Below are positions 13,493 to 23,846 of a DNA stretch of 64,000 nt, piece after piece. The translations under genes and the position numbers were made by a program. The number at the start of each line of letters is the position of its first letter. The stretch's first letter is position 1. The notes under the pieces are model-generated. The model made no database searches. It was not told the DNA's origin and saw only the letters and a program-made list of their open reading frames with translations. Origin of the DNA: Balanoglossus misakiensis (Eukaryota; Animalia; Hemichordata); NCBI GenBank assembly GCA_040954595.2, contig CM082594.2, forward strand, positions 11,670,885-11,734,884. Direction: 5' to 3'.

Positions 13493-13881
13493 TAGTGTAT
13501 CACTCTCACTCACGCCGGTGTCCTAGTCAGGTCAGGGTCATAGTGAAAGTGATCGTTCGAAATATCACAATAGTCGTTTGGTGATTTTTTGTCTTCATAA
13601 AGATTCTCCATACTTTTCGTGTATTTGCTAGCTTTGAGCGAGTTTCTGTTACTGAGCCAAGTTTCGAATTCGGGGCTGGACTTCTGGTTTCGGTACCGAC
13701 CACGCCCACATGATCCTCCACACACTCTACATAGAGAAACTCGGAACAAAATTGTCTGAAATGTATTTATTATGAAATAATGAGGCCTATAGACTTGAAT
13801 CAAGTCTAGGTGTGATGGTGTGTGGACGAGGTGGTATACATTTCAAGCCTTCGCAGATATTACGCAGTCAAGGTCACACAT

Positions 13882-13934
13882 TTGTCTGGTCCCCTGCCCC
13901 ATTCCCACCGCTGGCTGCGCTACGCTAAAGGAAA
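13882..13934 (+). mobile_element. Solo truncated TIR of the 7683-8057 MITE family
   Basis: ttgtctggtcccctgccccattcccaccgctggctgcgctacgctaaaggaaa matches the left TIR at 7683 with about 3 substitutions. No partner TIR or TSD was found. Confidence 0.85.
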
Positions 13935-14204
13935 TTTCCATTGAAATTGTGCACATTTTGAAGGGGTAAACAATTTTTTAATCTTAAAAAAGTAAAGGGC
14001 CGACCGCCCAAATACATACATACATTTTAACACAAAATTATGTCAATTTTATCAACATAAACAATGTATTCCCAATGGAAAATGTCGAATATTTTTTAAA
14101 CCACGCCTACCAATACAGTCAAAGGGGGAGCTCTTCTCTAAAGCAAACAAGAGGGAACAATATAAGTTTGTGAATGGCATTGCTTATCTAACACCCCAAG
14201 GAAA

Positions 14205-15750
14205 CTACAAATCAATTTCAATATCTGGTGATTTCAGATACTCGGGAAATTTATAACCAAAAAGTTTGAAATCCAACTCGTATAACCTGTACAAATCAGT
14301 TATCTGCTGGGCAGTCAACTGATTGAAGTAATGTTTAATTTTATCGGTGCGAGAACTGTTTGTCGATATGGGATCAGTTTTTGGAAATGTCACGTTGACT
14401 CCCATTCGTTTCAAAATATAATCGGAATCTTGTTGCTGTGTTTCGAGATGTCCGATGTAATCGTATTTGACTTCGCACGGACAACAGACTCGGTACATCG
14501 GCTTAAAATGCGGGTCCAACTTGTCGATTCTCTCGTCGTTGGTGCCCACTCCAACGATGAAGTCGACGAAGTTTGAAAACGTTAGACTTGTCGGCCTCGT
14601 TCCCGTTTCATCCTCGATCATTTTCAAGTGTCTTGCGATGAAGTCAGCATCGGGGTCGTGTGCTACCTTGTCAGTGAAACAAGAGACGAGGCGCGAAAAT
14701 GGATGGCGTACAAACATGAACCGTGTCGTGTAGCTTGCCACAATTGCATCCCTTTCCTCTTTCAGTTTGTACTGGTTCAAATGTTTGTAGTACTTGTCGA
14801 GACGTTTCCTGAAGTCGGGGGTGATGTCAGCGACCAGTCCCATGAATGTTCTACCCCAGTTCGAACTTCCAACTTTGAAGATTTCACAGTAGAGTGTCTT
14901 GTGGGCTTCATCGACTAAGGTTCTTCCGTACGCGTGGAAGAAACATCGCTGGTCAGTGTTGTAATTCTTACAACCTTCTGATATCAGTTCGAGTCTCTGT
15001 TTGAAGATTTGTTCGACCGGGGTGCTCTGGGAGGAAAATGACAGTGAAGAGAATAAGATGTCATTCTATTCGACGTTTGGCATTGCAGCCATGGTAACCA
15101 AACTCGTGATAGATTGATGTATTGTTTCTCTGAGAATAGGAATTCGAATCATAGTTGTCGTAGTAAATGATTTGATCAAATGATGGTCTATTTTTTTGTC
15201 TATACCAATTGCCTCTTACATTACTCTCCGCCTGCTTGGTCTCCTGACGTGGGTTTTCTTGGTCGTCTGGTGCTTGCATCTGCTGGACTGCAATATTCTT
15301 CGCATTGATGTTGGACTGTGTCGCCTGCACATCCGGGAACTTTTCTTGTGCCTGCTGTCCGTTCTTTGGTACCCCTGGTGGCGGGGCTTCAAGTAGTTCG
15401 CCAGATTTTTCGATATCCACTACATCTTCCGAGTGGGCATCCCTTGGCGCTGGCATCTCTATGAAGGAATATTCTGGCGAAAGCAGATTTGCCACAATGA
15501 TTAAATTGTTAACTCAAACGAAATTTCCACGTTTACGTAGAGCAGAAAATAGAACATACGAAATGTTTCTCAAAACGTCCTTCTTACCTGTGACATTTTC
15601 ATTGATGGGTACAAATGCTATATAAAGTGTGAGGAAACTGAAAGCCAGCAGCGAAATCAACAATTGTCGACGTTTACGGCGTAACATTTTTCTCAAAGGC
15701 GTGGTTCTGTTACCGACTTCACAGACACTTTTGCTGTTGTTGATTACCAT
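14205..15750 (-). CDS. Golgi type II membrane carbohydrate sulfotransferase (HNK-1ST/CHST8-14, Sulfotransfer_2 family; CHST11-like), 3 coding exons, about 412 aa
   Basis: Exons 15750-15588, 15473-15220 and 15026-14205 (phases 1 and 0). Basic cytoplasmic tail RRKRR, TM segment LLISLLAFSFLTLYIAFV and a Q/E/P-rich stem. 5'-PSB-like YCEIFKVGSSNW, 3'-PB FVRHPFSRLVS, plus CCPCEVKYDYIGHLET and LYELDFKLFGY. The start could instead be the Met at 15687. Candidate 5'-UTR donors lie at 16441 and 17109. Confidence 0.9.
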
Positions 15751-18081
15751 CTGAAAGATACAATACATGAAGACGATTTTGACCTTAGTAAAGTCCGTGT
15801 GACGCTGCCGCCGCCGTGTTGGATGAAATTCGCCTGTGCTGGTTGGGCACTGACACTGTTGTTGTCCCAGGGAAAGCGCAACCATTCAGAGTGTGAATGT
15901 CTATCTTGCCACCAACAACGAAGATTTCTTTAGATAATGCCCTATGATAATTAACACAATTTAGAGTATTTACAATACAAATATAAATTGAAACTATTTC
16001 TTCGGCCCCAGTGAAAAGAATACGAAGACTATAGTTGCACCTGTTTCGTTAAACAAACGAATATTGGTTTTTTGTTCTGATGCGACAACAGAAATGTGCA
16101 TGTTAAGAGTGTGGTGTTTGCCAACTTGAAGTAGTCAAGTAAATAGTGTTCTTTACAATTCCGTAGTAAGTGGAAAAAACATCAGCGGCTTCTTGGTGGC
16201 ATCACCGTCGCTCCTGTGCATGTGGAGGGCGAGGGGCCGCAGAATGGTGGAATGTTATATGCAAATTGGTTGAACACACCGTCACACCTGGTTGGAGTGT
16301 CTGTTGGCAACATCCATATCTGACATTGTGTCTTTTGCTGAAACATTGGCAAACTGGTACACAAAATTCGCCAAACTACCAAATACCACGAAGAGGAGGT
16401 TTAGCTAACATGCGACAGTTTAGTTGAAGGTTACCACTTACCTGTCCGTTGATTCAGAATAGCTGTGGTCTTCCGAACGCTGTTTTTTTCTCACCCGGTG
16501 ACACTTTCCCGACGCGCCACGTATTTGTCCACTATACCCCGACAACACTCCACACGGCTTTGAAGTCTCAGAATATTTTCCCCTTTTCTGACGGGGTCAC
16601 AGTTTAGTTTTACTTAACTTGTATGATGAGGACAGTCGCTAGTCGAAAGAGACAATCCCAAACGCCGTCTCCACACTTTCGACGGTGACTTGCAATCTTT
16701 TCTGTGTACTTCAGTGTCACCTATCTTCACCTTAACGCACGATTTTATATTTCATGCTAGGGGGTCAAACTATATTATAATAATTGCATTATGGGTAGAA
16801 AAGTAGACATCTCCAGTTACAGACTGTCGGTATGTATTACTCGGTGTATTTCTTAATTTTCTTTCTTTGTGGTCAACTAATTCCATTTTGTTACTTTTTA
16901 GTCCTTTTTACCGTATGCATGCAATTCATGAGACCCGGGTTAATGGTTAAACAGAAATCCGTCATCTTGAAAGTTTTTAGACTGGGTGGGAATATTATCA
17001 CTCATACAGGTCGTGAGTTAGGGTTGCACTATTTGCTGACGCCGAGTCAATATTTGCCCATGCGTGGTCTACTTAGACCTGCACAACAAAGCTATTATAT
17101 AACACTCACCTGAAGTCCTTTCACAAAATCAGTCACAACAGCCTACAGTAAGTTCAACAGTACCAGAGTACAATTTTAATAATTAACCAAATATAGGGGG
17201 GAAATTACAATAACGAACTGTTCAACAACTTAGAAAAGGCGCCAAGTTTATGCCATCATAGATTCTCTCTTTAAAAAATTTCTGAAAATCTTTCCCAGAG
17301 ACGCATACTACTTTAAATGACCAAAGTTCACGTCAACAGCACTAGTCAATGACGGTTTTACGCTGTCATAATAATTTAAATATAATACTTCACACTAATT
17401 ACTAATATATCTATATTTTAAATTGAGACGGGTGACTTCAGCCGCATATTTGATGTACAAAGTCAAAGTATAACGCGATGAATAATAATTGTCGCCACCA
17501 CCACCACTCCCCCCCCCCCTTTGATAAATATATAATTGTCTCAAGCGCCCTCTTCTGGCAATGTCGACTTCACAGTACACATTCATACACACTGTTCCAT
17601 TGTGATTGGCGTCAAACTGAGAAGATAAAATTCTCTAGATTAACAAATTTTTACATTACATGTATTATTTCCTATACCGGAAACAGTAAAATGACATTTT
17701 ACAGTGTTGCGAACTTGAAAACTTGCACACGTTTGCTATACTAACACGCACAGCGAAGTTCAAAAACAACATTTATGATCGAGAATACATTTAAATTCAC
17801 AGATGATTAATAGTGTCTATATAATAATACATTTTGTAAAATATTGTTGCTATATGCTAGAATAATATTAATACATTAACAAGAAGTTCAAAGTTCAAAA
17901 ATCGATATGAACTGACTTAAGTTAGCTATCGTCTCATTACGCTTGTACCAAGCCACCGTCAAATTTGGTATATGTGATACCGTATATGATAATCGTTGGG
18001 CTTAAAATTTGTATCACCATCTTAGTGAGTGGTCACGTGATCAGACAACGAGAAACAAAGTCAAGTCCGCCTTGGTCACGT

Positions 18082-19215
18082 TTACTTAGTGGTGTTTTGT
18101 TGAGTTGTTTGACTGGATGATACCTTGGTACTATCTGTCTTGCCGCTGATCTCTCCACTGTTGGACTTGATATGTTTGGCGGTGGGTCTGGTTTGAGGTT
18201 TGCTGCTGACGCTTTTCTGTTCGCAGCAACTCTCAAAACAGGGAAACATCTTGTAGAATTCTTTTCGGAAGTTGGCATTGAAATAGGCGTACAGGAAGGG
18301 ATTGATACAACTGTTGGCCATATACAGGAAATTTACAATGTGCCACTGAAACTCTAGGGTTGCGTACATAAAAGGAGGCCTTCCAATCAATGGCTGGGTA
18401 AAATTATATAGCTCGTAGCTGTAAAACGGGAGCCAGCAAAACGTAAACAAAATGACGACCAACGACAACATTTTGACTGCTCGTCTTTTGTTGCGGTTTG
18501 AAGAACTTGAAGGGCCCTTCTTAAACCACAAAGAGGAAATCATGACTGCATAAAGTGCGAGTATTATTAGCAGGGGACAGAGATACATAAAACCAAAATC
18601 AAACATTCTTGACAGCTTGAAATAATAACTATATCGACGATTGATGAAGCAGTAACGATTCTCTTCATTACGAAAGTTAACTATCGTTTCAACGCGGTAG
18701 AAAATTGGTCGATAGCTAGAATAGGCAAAGGAAACCACCCAGATGACAACGATAATACCAACTGCCTGCCGGTGGCTTATTCTGGGTTTCAGGGGCTGCA
18801 CAATCGCCCTGTAACGATCAATGGCTATGCCTACAAGGGAAAACACAGTGGCACAGCGGGCGACCCATTGCATCAGAGCGAAAAATCTACAGAAAAACTC
18901 CGAAGAGTTCAATATTCTAAATACTGCTGGCAAATACTCGCTTATAAAAAAATAAGGAACTTGGAAAAGTCCCACTAAAATATCAGATGTCGATAAAGAA
19001 ATTATGAAAAGATTGGTTGGCGATTGTCGCAGCTGAGGTTGACGAAAGACAGCAACAATCACCCAGAGATTGCCGACCAGGACAAGCACAAATACCACGC
19101 TGAACACCAACATTTCATACTCGTCAGGAATCATAATAAGAGGCGGTATACCAAGCAGTCTCGGAAGGCCGACGTCGTCTGGCGCCGTATCGTTATTGCT
19201 TGTCGTGTTGTCCAT
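18082..19215 (-). CDS. Rhodopsin-like (class A) GPCR, paralogue of 4676-5731, single coding exon, 377 aa
   Basis: GN, LSTSD, IDRY, CWLP and NPFLY motifs across 7 TM segments. Long near-identical blocks with GPCR 1 (RCATVFSL, RAIVQPL.P, SSNRNKR.A.KML, NPFLYAYFN.NFR.EF..MFPC). ATG at 19215, with an acceptor tttctttctcacag 18 nt upstream and a candidate 5'-UTR donor at 19571. Confidence 0.93.
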   Translation of the reverse strand: MDNTTSNNDTAPDDVGLPRLLGIPPLIMIPDEYEMLVFSVVFVLVLVGNLWVIVAVFRQPQLRQSPTNLFIISLSTSDILVGLFQVPYFFISEYLPAVFRILNSSEFFCRFFALMQWVARCATVFSLVGIAIDRYRAIVQPLKPRISHRQAVGIIVVIWVVSFAYSSYRPIFYRVETIVNFRNEENRYCFINRRYSYYFKLSRMFDFGFMYLCPLLIILALYAVMISSLWFKKGPSSSSNRNKRRAVKMLSLVVILFTFCWLPFYSYELYNFTQPLIGRPPFMYATLEFQWHIVNFLYMANSCINPFLYAYFNANFRKEFYKMFPCFESCCEQKSVSSKPQTRPTAKHIKSNSGEISGKTDSTKVSSSQTTQQNTTK

Positions 19216-20976
19216 CTTTGAAGTTTTCACGCCCTGTGAGAAAGAAACGAAAGCAGACGCTTATCTCAACAAAGGTGGCAGCAGCAGTCATGAAAGATTA
19301 TTGTGAACCTGAAATACTACTAGGCCTTTCCAATAGCGAGCACAGATAATCGGCATATTATATTTTATAAATATTCCACTTTTACTACTCTAATACTAAC
19401 TTTAAAAAGGAACTTGCCTTCTCCAATGCGTGGCGACATTCAGTTTATCTACGAACTATCTTTCAGAACTACGTATTCGTTACCAAAAACAAAAAAATTA
19501 AAAAGTATACGGAAGAAATAAGAGCGATAGAAATTTGGGATGGCACTGAGAGTTTGTGATTTTCAAGTTACCTGACCGTCTTCCTGCCTCCGTTGGAGGA
19601 ACGGTCGAGTAAAAGATGCCAACGGCACTGAGACGACGGAGCCGGTGAAGATGATCAGTGTTTACGCCGCGTGAAAGGTCGAACATACTCATAAAACTGG
19701 TAAAATAGATGTTACATAGTGACAGTAAACGTGACCTACCTAGTAGTCTGTGTTAACAAAACTGGAACGCAAAATAAGCACGACAAAGGAACCAAATGAA
19801 AGTCATTAGCAGAAGTCTCTCGGTTTTCGATGTTTGCTTGCGCAAAATTTCGATTTCACACGAACAGCACGTAGGTTCGAAATACTTGATAGAAGGCAAC
19901 CAAGGAAGCTTCCTTGTGCGGTGAACCTGAGCAGACTGAAAATTGACAATCTCCCAAACCTTTTTAAAAGCGTGGTTTTCAATGACATTAGTCTGCAGCG
20001 AGGATCTTCCATTGAAACGTGTAAAAAAGTTATTCACAAACCTAGGTGTATTTCTTTATCTATGATCAGAGCGAAGGACTTAGATTTCATAAAGATTTTG
20101 GCACCGTTGTCTTTGTATAGATGAGCTGTTTCTGACATTGCTTGGAGGCACCCGCAAATGCTCAGGCAACAGATGACCAGCGGCCGGTTTCTTTAGTCAA
20201 TCAAACATAATCGATATCGAGACATTTCCACTCGGATCGATGCGGAATCGTGAAAGACTCGTATCTAGCGCAGCAGTTACCTTTTGAACAACTGAACAAT
20301 GATTGTGATAGAACTGAGACTCCTCGATATTCAGACATTTTTTTCTTAATGTCTAAAGTTCAGACGTCAAAAGAGGAAGTACGATTTTGTTTTACTTCTA
20401 TCAGGTATAATACATTCATTTGCAAGGTGGAGACGATGGGATATGTCCTTCTCGATTCTTTTCATATAGGCCTATTGCCGCTCCAGACCCTTCTTGTCAG
20501 AATTTGAGGTATTCAATCCAATGGTGTCATCAAAATATGGTGGCGATCAGACAGGGCTGTAGGTCTCTTCATTTTGGAAACAGAACACCCACGGCAGTTC
20601 TTTTTTACAAGATTCTCAATTCTCTCACCTACCGTTCGTTGCGGTTGTTTCCCGTTATTGTTTTCGGTTTGGAATGAACATTGTGAAAGGCTGGTCCTGT
20701 AAAGCGCCCCGATCAAGACTTGTCACTGACCGCAGATGTTATCGGCAGTCACACAATATACCAATGAGACTCTGACGAATTTCAAAAAGAATTGGATGTC
20801 TTCTGCGCATTGATCTGTTATATACTGCTGTGCCGCTTGCGAACTTTTGGTAAACAAGTGTAATTTCATCATCATCTGTTCAGAGGTCACATGACAAAAC
20901 TTGGAGAAGGTACATCATATCACTTGACAGCTTTTGTGAATGGTTAATTTTCTCATTAAAAGGGGTCGTTTGGTCC

Positions 20977-21151
20977 TAGACTCTCTCACAGCCCACGGTT
21001 CGCTACAAGGCTCTTCACTGATGCGCCCCCAACTGTTTAGCAAAGGAGAAGCCCCATATGGTGTTGTGTAGCGAACCCTCTCGGTGGGCACACATGCAAT
21101 CAGTCCACTGCAAGCCTGCATGGACAACGAAAGGGGCTGTGAGAGAGTCTA
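20977..21151. mobile_element. MITE, 175 bp, 18-bp perfect TIRs, TAG..CTA termini, 9-bp TSD; AcademH-like, second family
   Basis: tagactctctcacagccc (20977-20994) pairs with gggctgtgagagagtcta (21134-21151). Direct repeat gtttggtcc flanks it at 20968-20976 and 21152-21160. Confidence 0.92.
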
Positions 21152-21220
21152 GTTTGGTCCATGCTCACTTACTGATACTCACTGGTACTCTCATTAATTT
21201 CATTACCATGCATTCATCGA

Positions 21221-22786
21221 TCAAGTTGAGTTTAACCCACCTTTACTTTTACGTGGTAACCCGAGTGCTGGTTGATCTCTTGCACGCGATCTGCCAACTC
21301 GATTCCTTTTCCGTTTGTTGAGAACAGTTTCAAAGTCATCGTACATGTCGAGTGATTTCTTGGTGCCCTGTCCGTACAATGACGCCTCACCATCCAATTC
21401 GCCATCATCAGCGTCAACATGATAGTCATCAATTTCGCCATAGCTACCGTCATTGCTATTGCGGCGAAATCGTTCTTTGGTGGACAGACAAGTGGGTGTT
21501 TGATCATGAGACTGACCAACTGCAAAGCTCTTGTTGTGGTCGCTAGAATTTCCGACTTTGACGACAGAGAAGTCAGGACATCTCACACCAGTGGCAAGGC
21601 CTGATGCTGCGCGAATTTCATTTTCTTGGAGCGAGCCCTCATCTCTCTTGCTCATGGCGGTGACGTCGGCAAAGGATTTGCCGCATGATGTCGATGACGG
21701 CCTAGCGAGAGATTTAAGCACACCAAGCGGACCCTGAAAACACTGCTGGTTTTCCTTGAACACGATCAACAGATCTTCGTCGAATCCATCTGTGGTATTG
21801 ATAGTATCAAGCTGTTTCAGGCGTTGTTTTGTTTCCTTGCGTGTCGACAACAGCTGCCCGGCGTTTCCATATCGTGCCAGTTTATCCAAATATTCGAATG
21901 TGCTGCCCATGTCATCTTTTTTACTTCTCGCATCAGATATTTCACTCTGTAGCCCTTTCAGTTTCCCACTGTACTTCACGTTCAGGTCGTCTACCAACAA
22001 TTTTTCTTGCTCTTTCACTTTCTGTATGACTTTGTCCCTGTACTTAACGATTTCGGATTTTTCACGTTCGTAGGATTTCTGTATTTTTTTACAAGAATTT
22101 TCCATCAAGTTTATTTTCTTCTGGAGTTTTGCTTCTTTTTCTTTCAACATATCCGTTTCTTTGCACAGTACCTTTAAATATTCTCCCTTGGCCTCGTTGA
22201 GATAGGTTAGCTTGTGATCTTCGCCTCTGTGGTTCATCACGGCACATTCCATACAGATGGGAACGCCGCACTTCTCGCAGTAGAACTTTAGGTGATTGTC
22301 GCAGTGATCCGTGCAGCGTACAGCGGGAAGCTGGAGGCTTTGGTCGGTGGACTGTGCCGCGGAGTATTCCCCGCGTTCCATGATGTGATGGCCCCTGGTG
22401 ACGGGCACATTCTGGTGCACTTTCACGCACAGGGCTCCTAAATTCATGGCGCAGTCAATGCACCTTTTAACAACACTCTCCTCTTTGCACGCTTCGCAAA
22501 TCTCCTCCTCTGCAAGTTTTCTCTTCTGCATGCAATCCACTAAACTATTTATGAAAGGGTTGCTCTTCAGGTGTGAAACGCCCCCTTCTGGGACCTCGAT
22601 CTGGCGACGACACAGTGGACAATCCAGCGAGCCATGCTGCTCTAACCATTCTGATAGACATCTCTGGCATGAACTGTGAAGACAGGGAAGTATCATCGCA
22701 TCTTGATACTGCTCCAGGCAAATTGGACAGGTCAAAAAATTACCGTCAATTTCGTTCAAAATCTCTGAGTCCTTTGAAGCCGCCAT
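21221..22786 (-). CDS. TRIM (RING, two B-boxes, coiled coil) E3 ubiquitin ligase, TRIM56/TRIM2-3-like N-terminus, no recognisable C-terminal domain
   Basis: C3HC4 RING CPIC..LPCLHSSCQRC..CPLCR, B-box1 CEAC..CIDC..H..H, B-box2 CTDH..FYCEKCGVPICMEC..H..H and a long K/E heptad region. The likely start is MAAS at 22786. The 3' end is uncertain because of a possible donor near 21240 and an extra exon. Confidence 0.88.
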   Translation of the reverse strand: MAASKDSEILNEIDGNFLTCPICLEQYQDAMILPCLHSSCQRCLSEWLEQHGSLDCPLCRRQIEVPEGGVSHLKSNPFINSLVDCMQKRKLAEEEICEACKEESVVKRCIDCAMNLGALCVKVHQNVPVTRGHHIMERGEYSAAQSTDQSLQLPAVRCTDHCDNHLKFYCEKCGVPICMECAVMNHRGEDHKLTYLNEAKGEYLKVLCKETDMLKEKEAKLQKKINLMENSCKKIQKSYEREKSEIVKYRDKVIQKVKEQEKLLVDDLNVKYSGKLKGLQSEISDARSKKDDMGSTFEYLDKLARYGNAGQLLSTRKETKQRLKQLDTINTTDGFDEDLLIVFKENQQCFQGPLGVLKSLARPSSTSCGKSFADVTAMSKRDEGSLQENEIRAASGLATGVRCPDFSVVKVGNSSDHNKSFAVGQSHDQTPTCLSTKERFRRNSNDGSYGEIDDYHVDADDGELDGEASLYGQGTKKSLDMYDDFETVLNKRKRNRVGRSRARDQPALGLPRKSKGGLNST

Positions 22787-23031
22787 TCTTGTATTGGAAT
22801 ACTTAACTGTCCCGTGGTTTTCAAGTCTTCTTTGAGTCGATACAGTATTACCTTCTGATGTCAAAATTAATGTCCTGGATCGAATTAAACCGAAAACAAA
22901 GGCAAAATAGACTAAATTACAACACAACACTGCATTTTGATATTAAATCGATGGCTGTGTGACTAAGACTTGTCAGTTGTATGGTAAACTTAAAGCACAC
23001 TGCAGTTAGAGGGTCGTCAGAACAGCGACCA

Positions 23032-23064
23032 GGGAATTTCCCCGAACTGTAATAAATGACGTCA
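23032..23064. promoter_or_regulatory. Candidate NF-kB site (GGGAATTTCC, 23032-23041) and CRE (TGACGTCA, 23057-23064) upstream of the TRIM gene
   Basis: Exact matches to GGGRNYYYCC and the palindromic CRE, about 250 bp 5' of the TRIM ATG. Function is untested. Confidence 0.45.
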
Positions 23065-23722
23065 CTATGCTTATTTTGTCATTGTTCCACAGAATCTATG
23101 TAAAAACACTTCGTGTTTATCAACTTGCAGCAGAATGTAAAAAAATGTAGAGCGACTACAATTTTGTTTGCTCTAAGGCGAACGAGAGTACATGTAAGCT
23201 CTATAAATATGAGATTTCCAACGCATCTGACATACGAACAAAATTGCAAGACTGCTTTCGTTTTGTATTCCATGAACCGGACATGCGCAATGGAGCTATT
23301 GACGTTTGAAATTACTACCTATATATCATCTATACCGGTAGCAGATTGGAATCGATAGCCCACCTTACTATTCATTGCAGCTTTTTATTTAACTTTTCAT
23401 TTAACTTAATGGCGCCCTCAATCTCAAGTAACCCAAAACGTTCGCTTTTCGGTGAATTCTGTTGAAATTGTAGGCCTACATTAAAGGTAATATCAGTGGT
23501 TCCGCTATAAACTCATGAAATTAGATATAAGCTCAGGGAACCACAGTCACGACCATGCCTTAGTCTGCGTCGTGACCCCTTTGTATCTACCCTCTGGACC
23601 CAGGCTGCTCTGTATGTACCTGATATATCTTCGCCCTCTGCATCTACCTCGCATGCCATCACGATCAGCGTTTCCAGGACATCAATCAATCAACATAGCG
23701 ACCTCCCCCTCATCACAGTCTC

Positions 23723-23846
23723 ATGACGTCATAACATGGCCGAATGTTAATAAGGAAAGAGGCTACTGTATCTTGCCGTCGCGGAGATTCGGCGGTTTCT
23801 GTTAAAACAACCTACAACAGTATCTAAAACATTTAGGACCACAAAG
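23723..23846 (+). promoter_or_regulatory. Candidate promoter and non-coding first exon of the RUN-domain gene
   Basis: Palindromic ATGACGTCAT (23723-23732), a YY1-like aacatggccg, a local CpG cluster and a donor aaag|gtatgt at 23846. The downstream acceptor tttcag ends at 25069. Confidence 0.4.

Noticed and set aside
7683-13934. Composite transposon carrying the GMC gene
   Set aside because: The solo TIR at 13882 has the same orientation as the left TIR, there is no shared TSD, and the 7683-8057 element is already complete with its own TSD.
22787-22930. 48-aa hydrophobic N-terminal extension of the TRIM ORF
   Set aside because: It begins at a non-ATG codon. The RING-proximal MAAS start at 22786 fits TRIM architecture.
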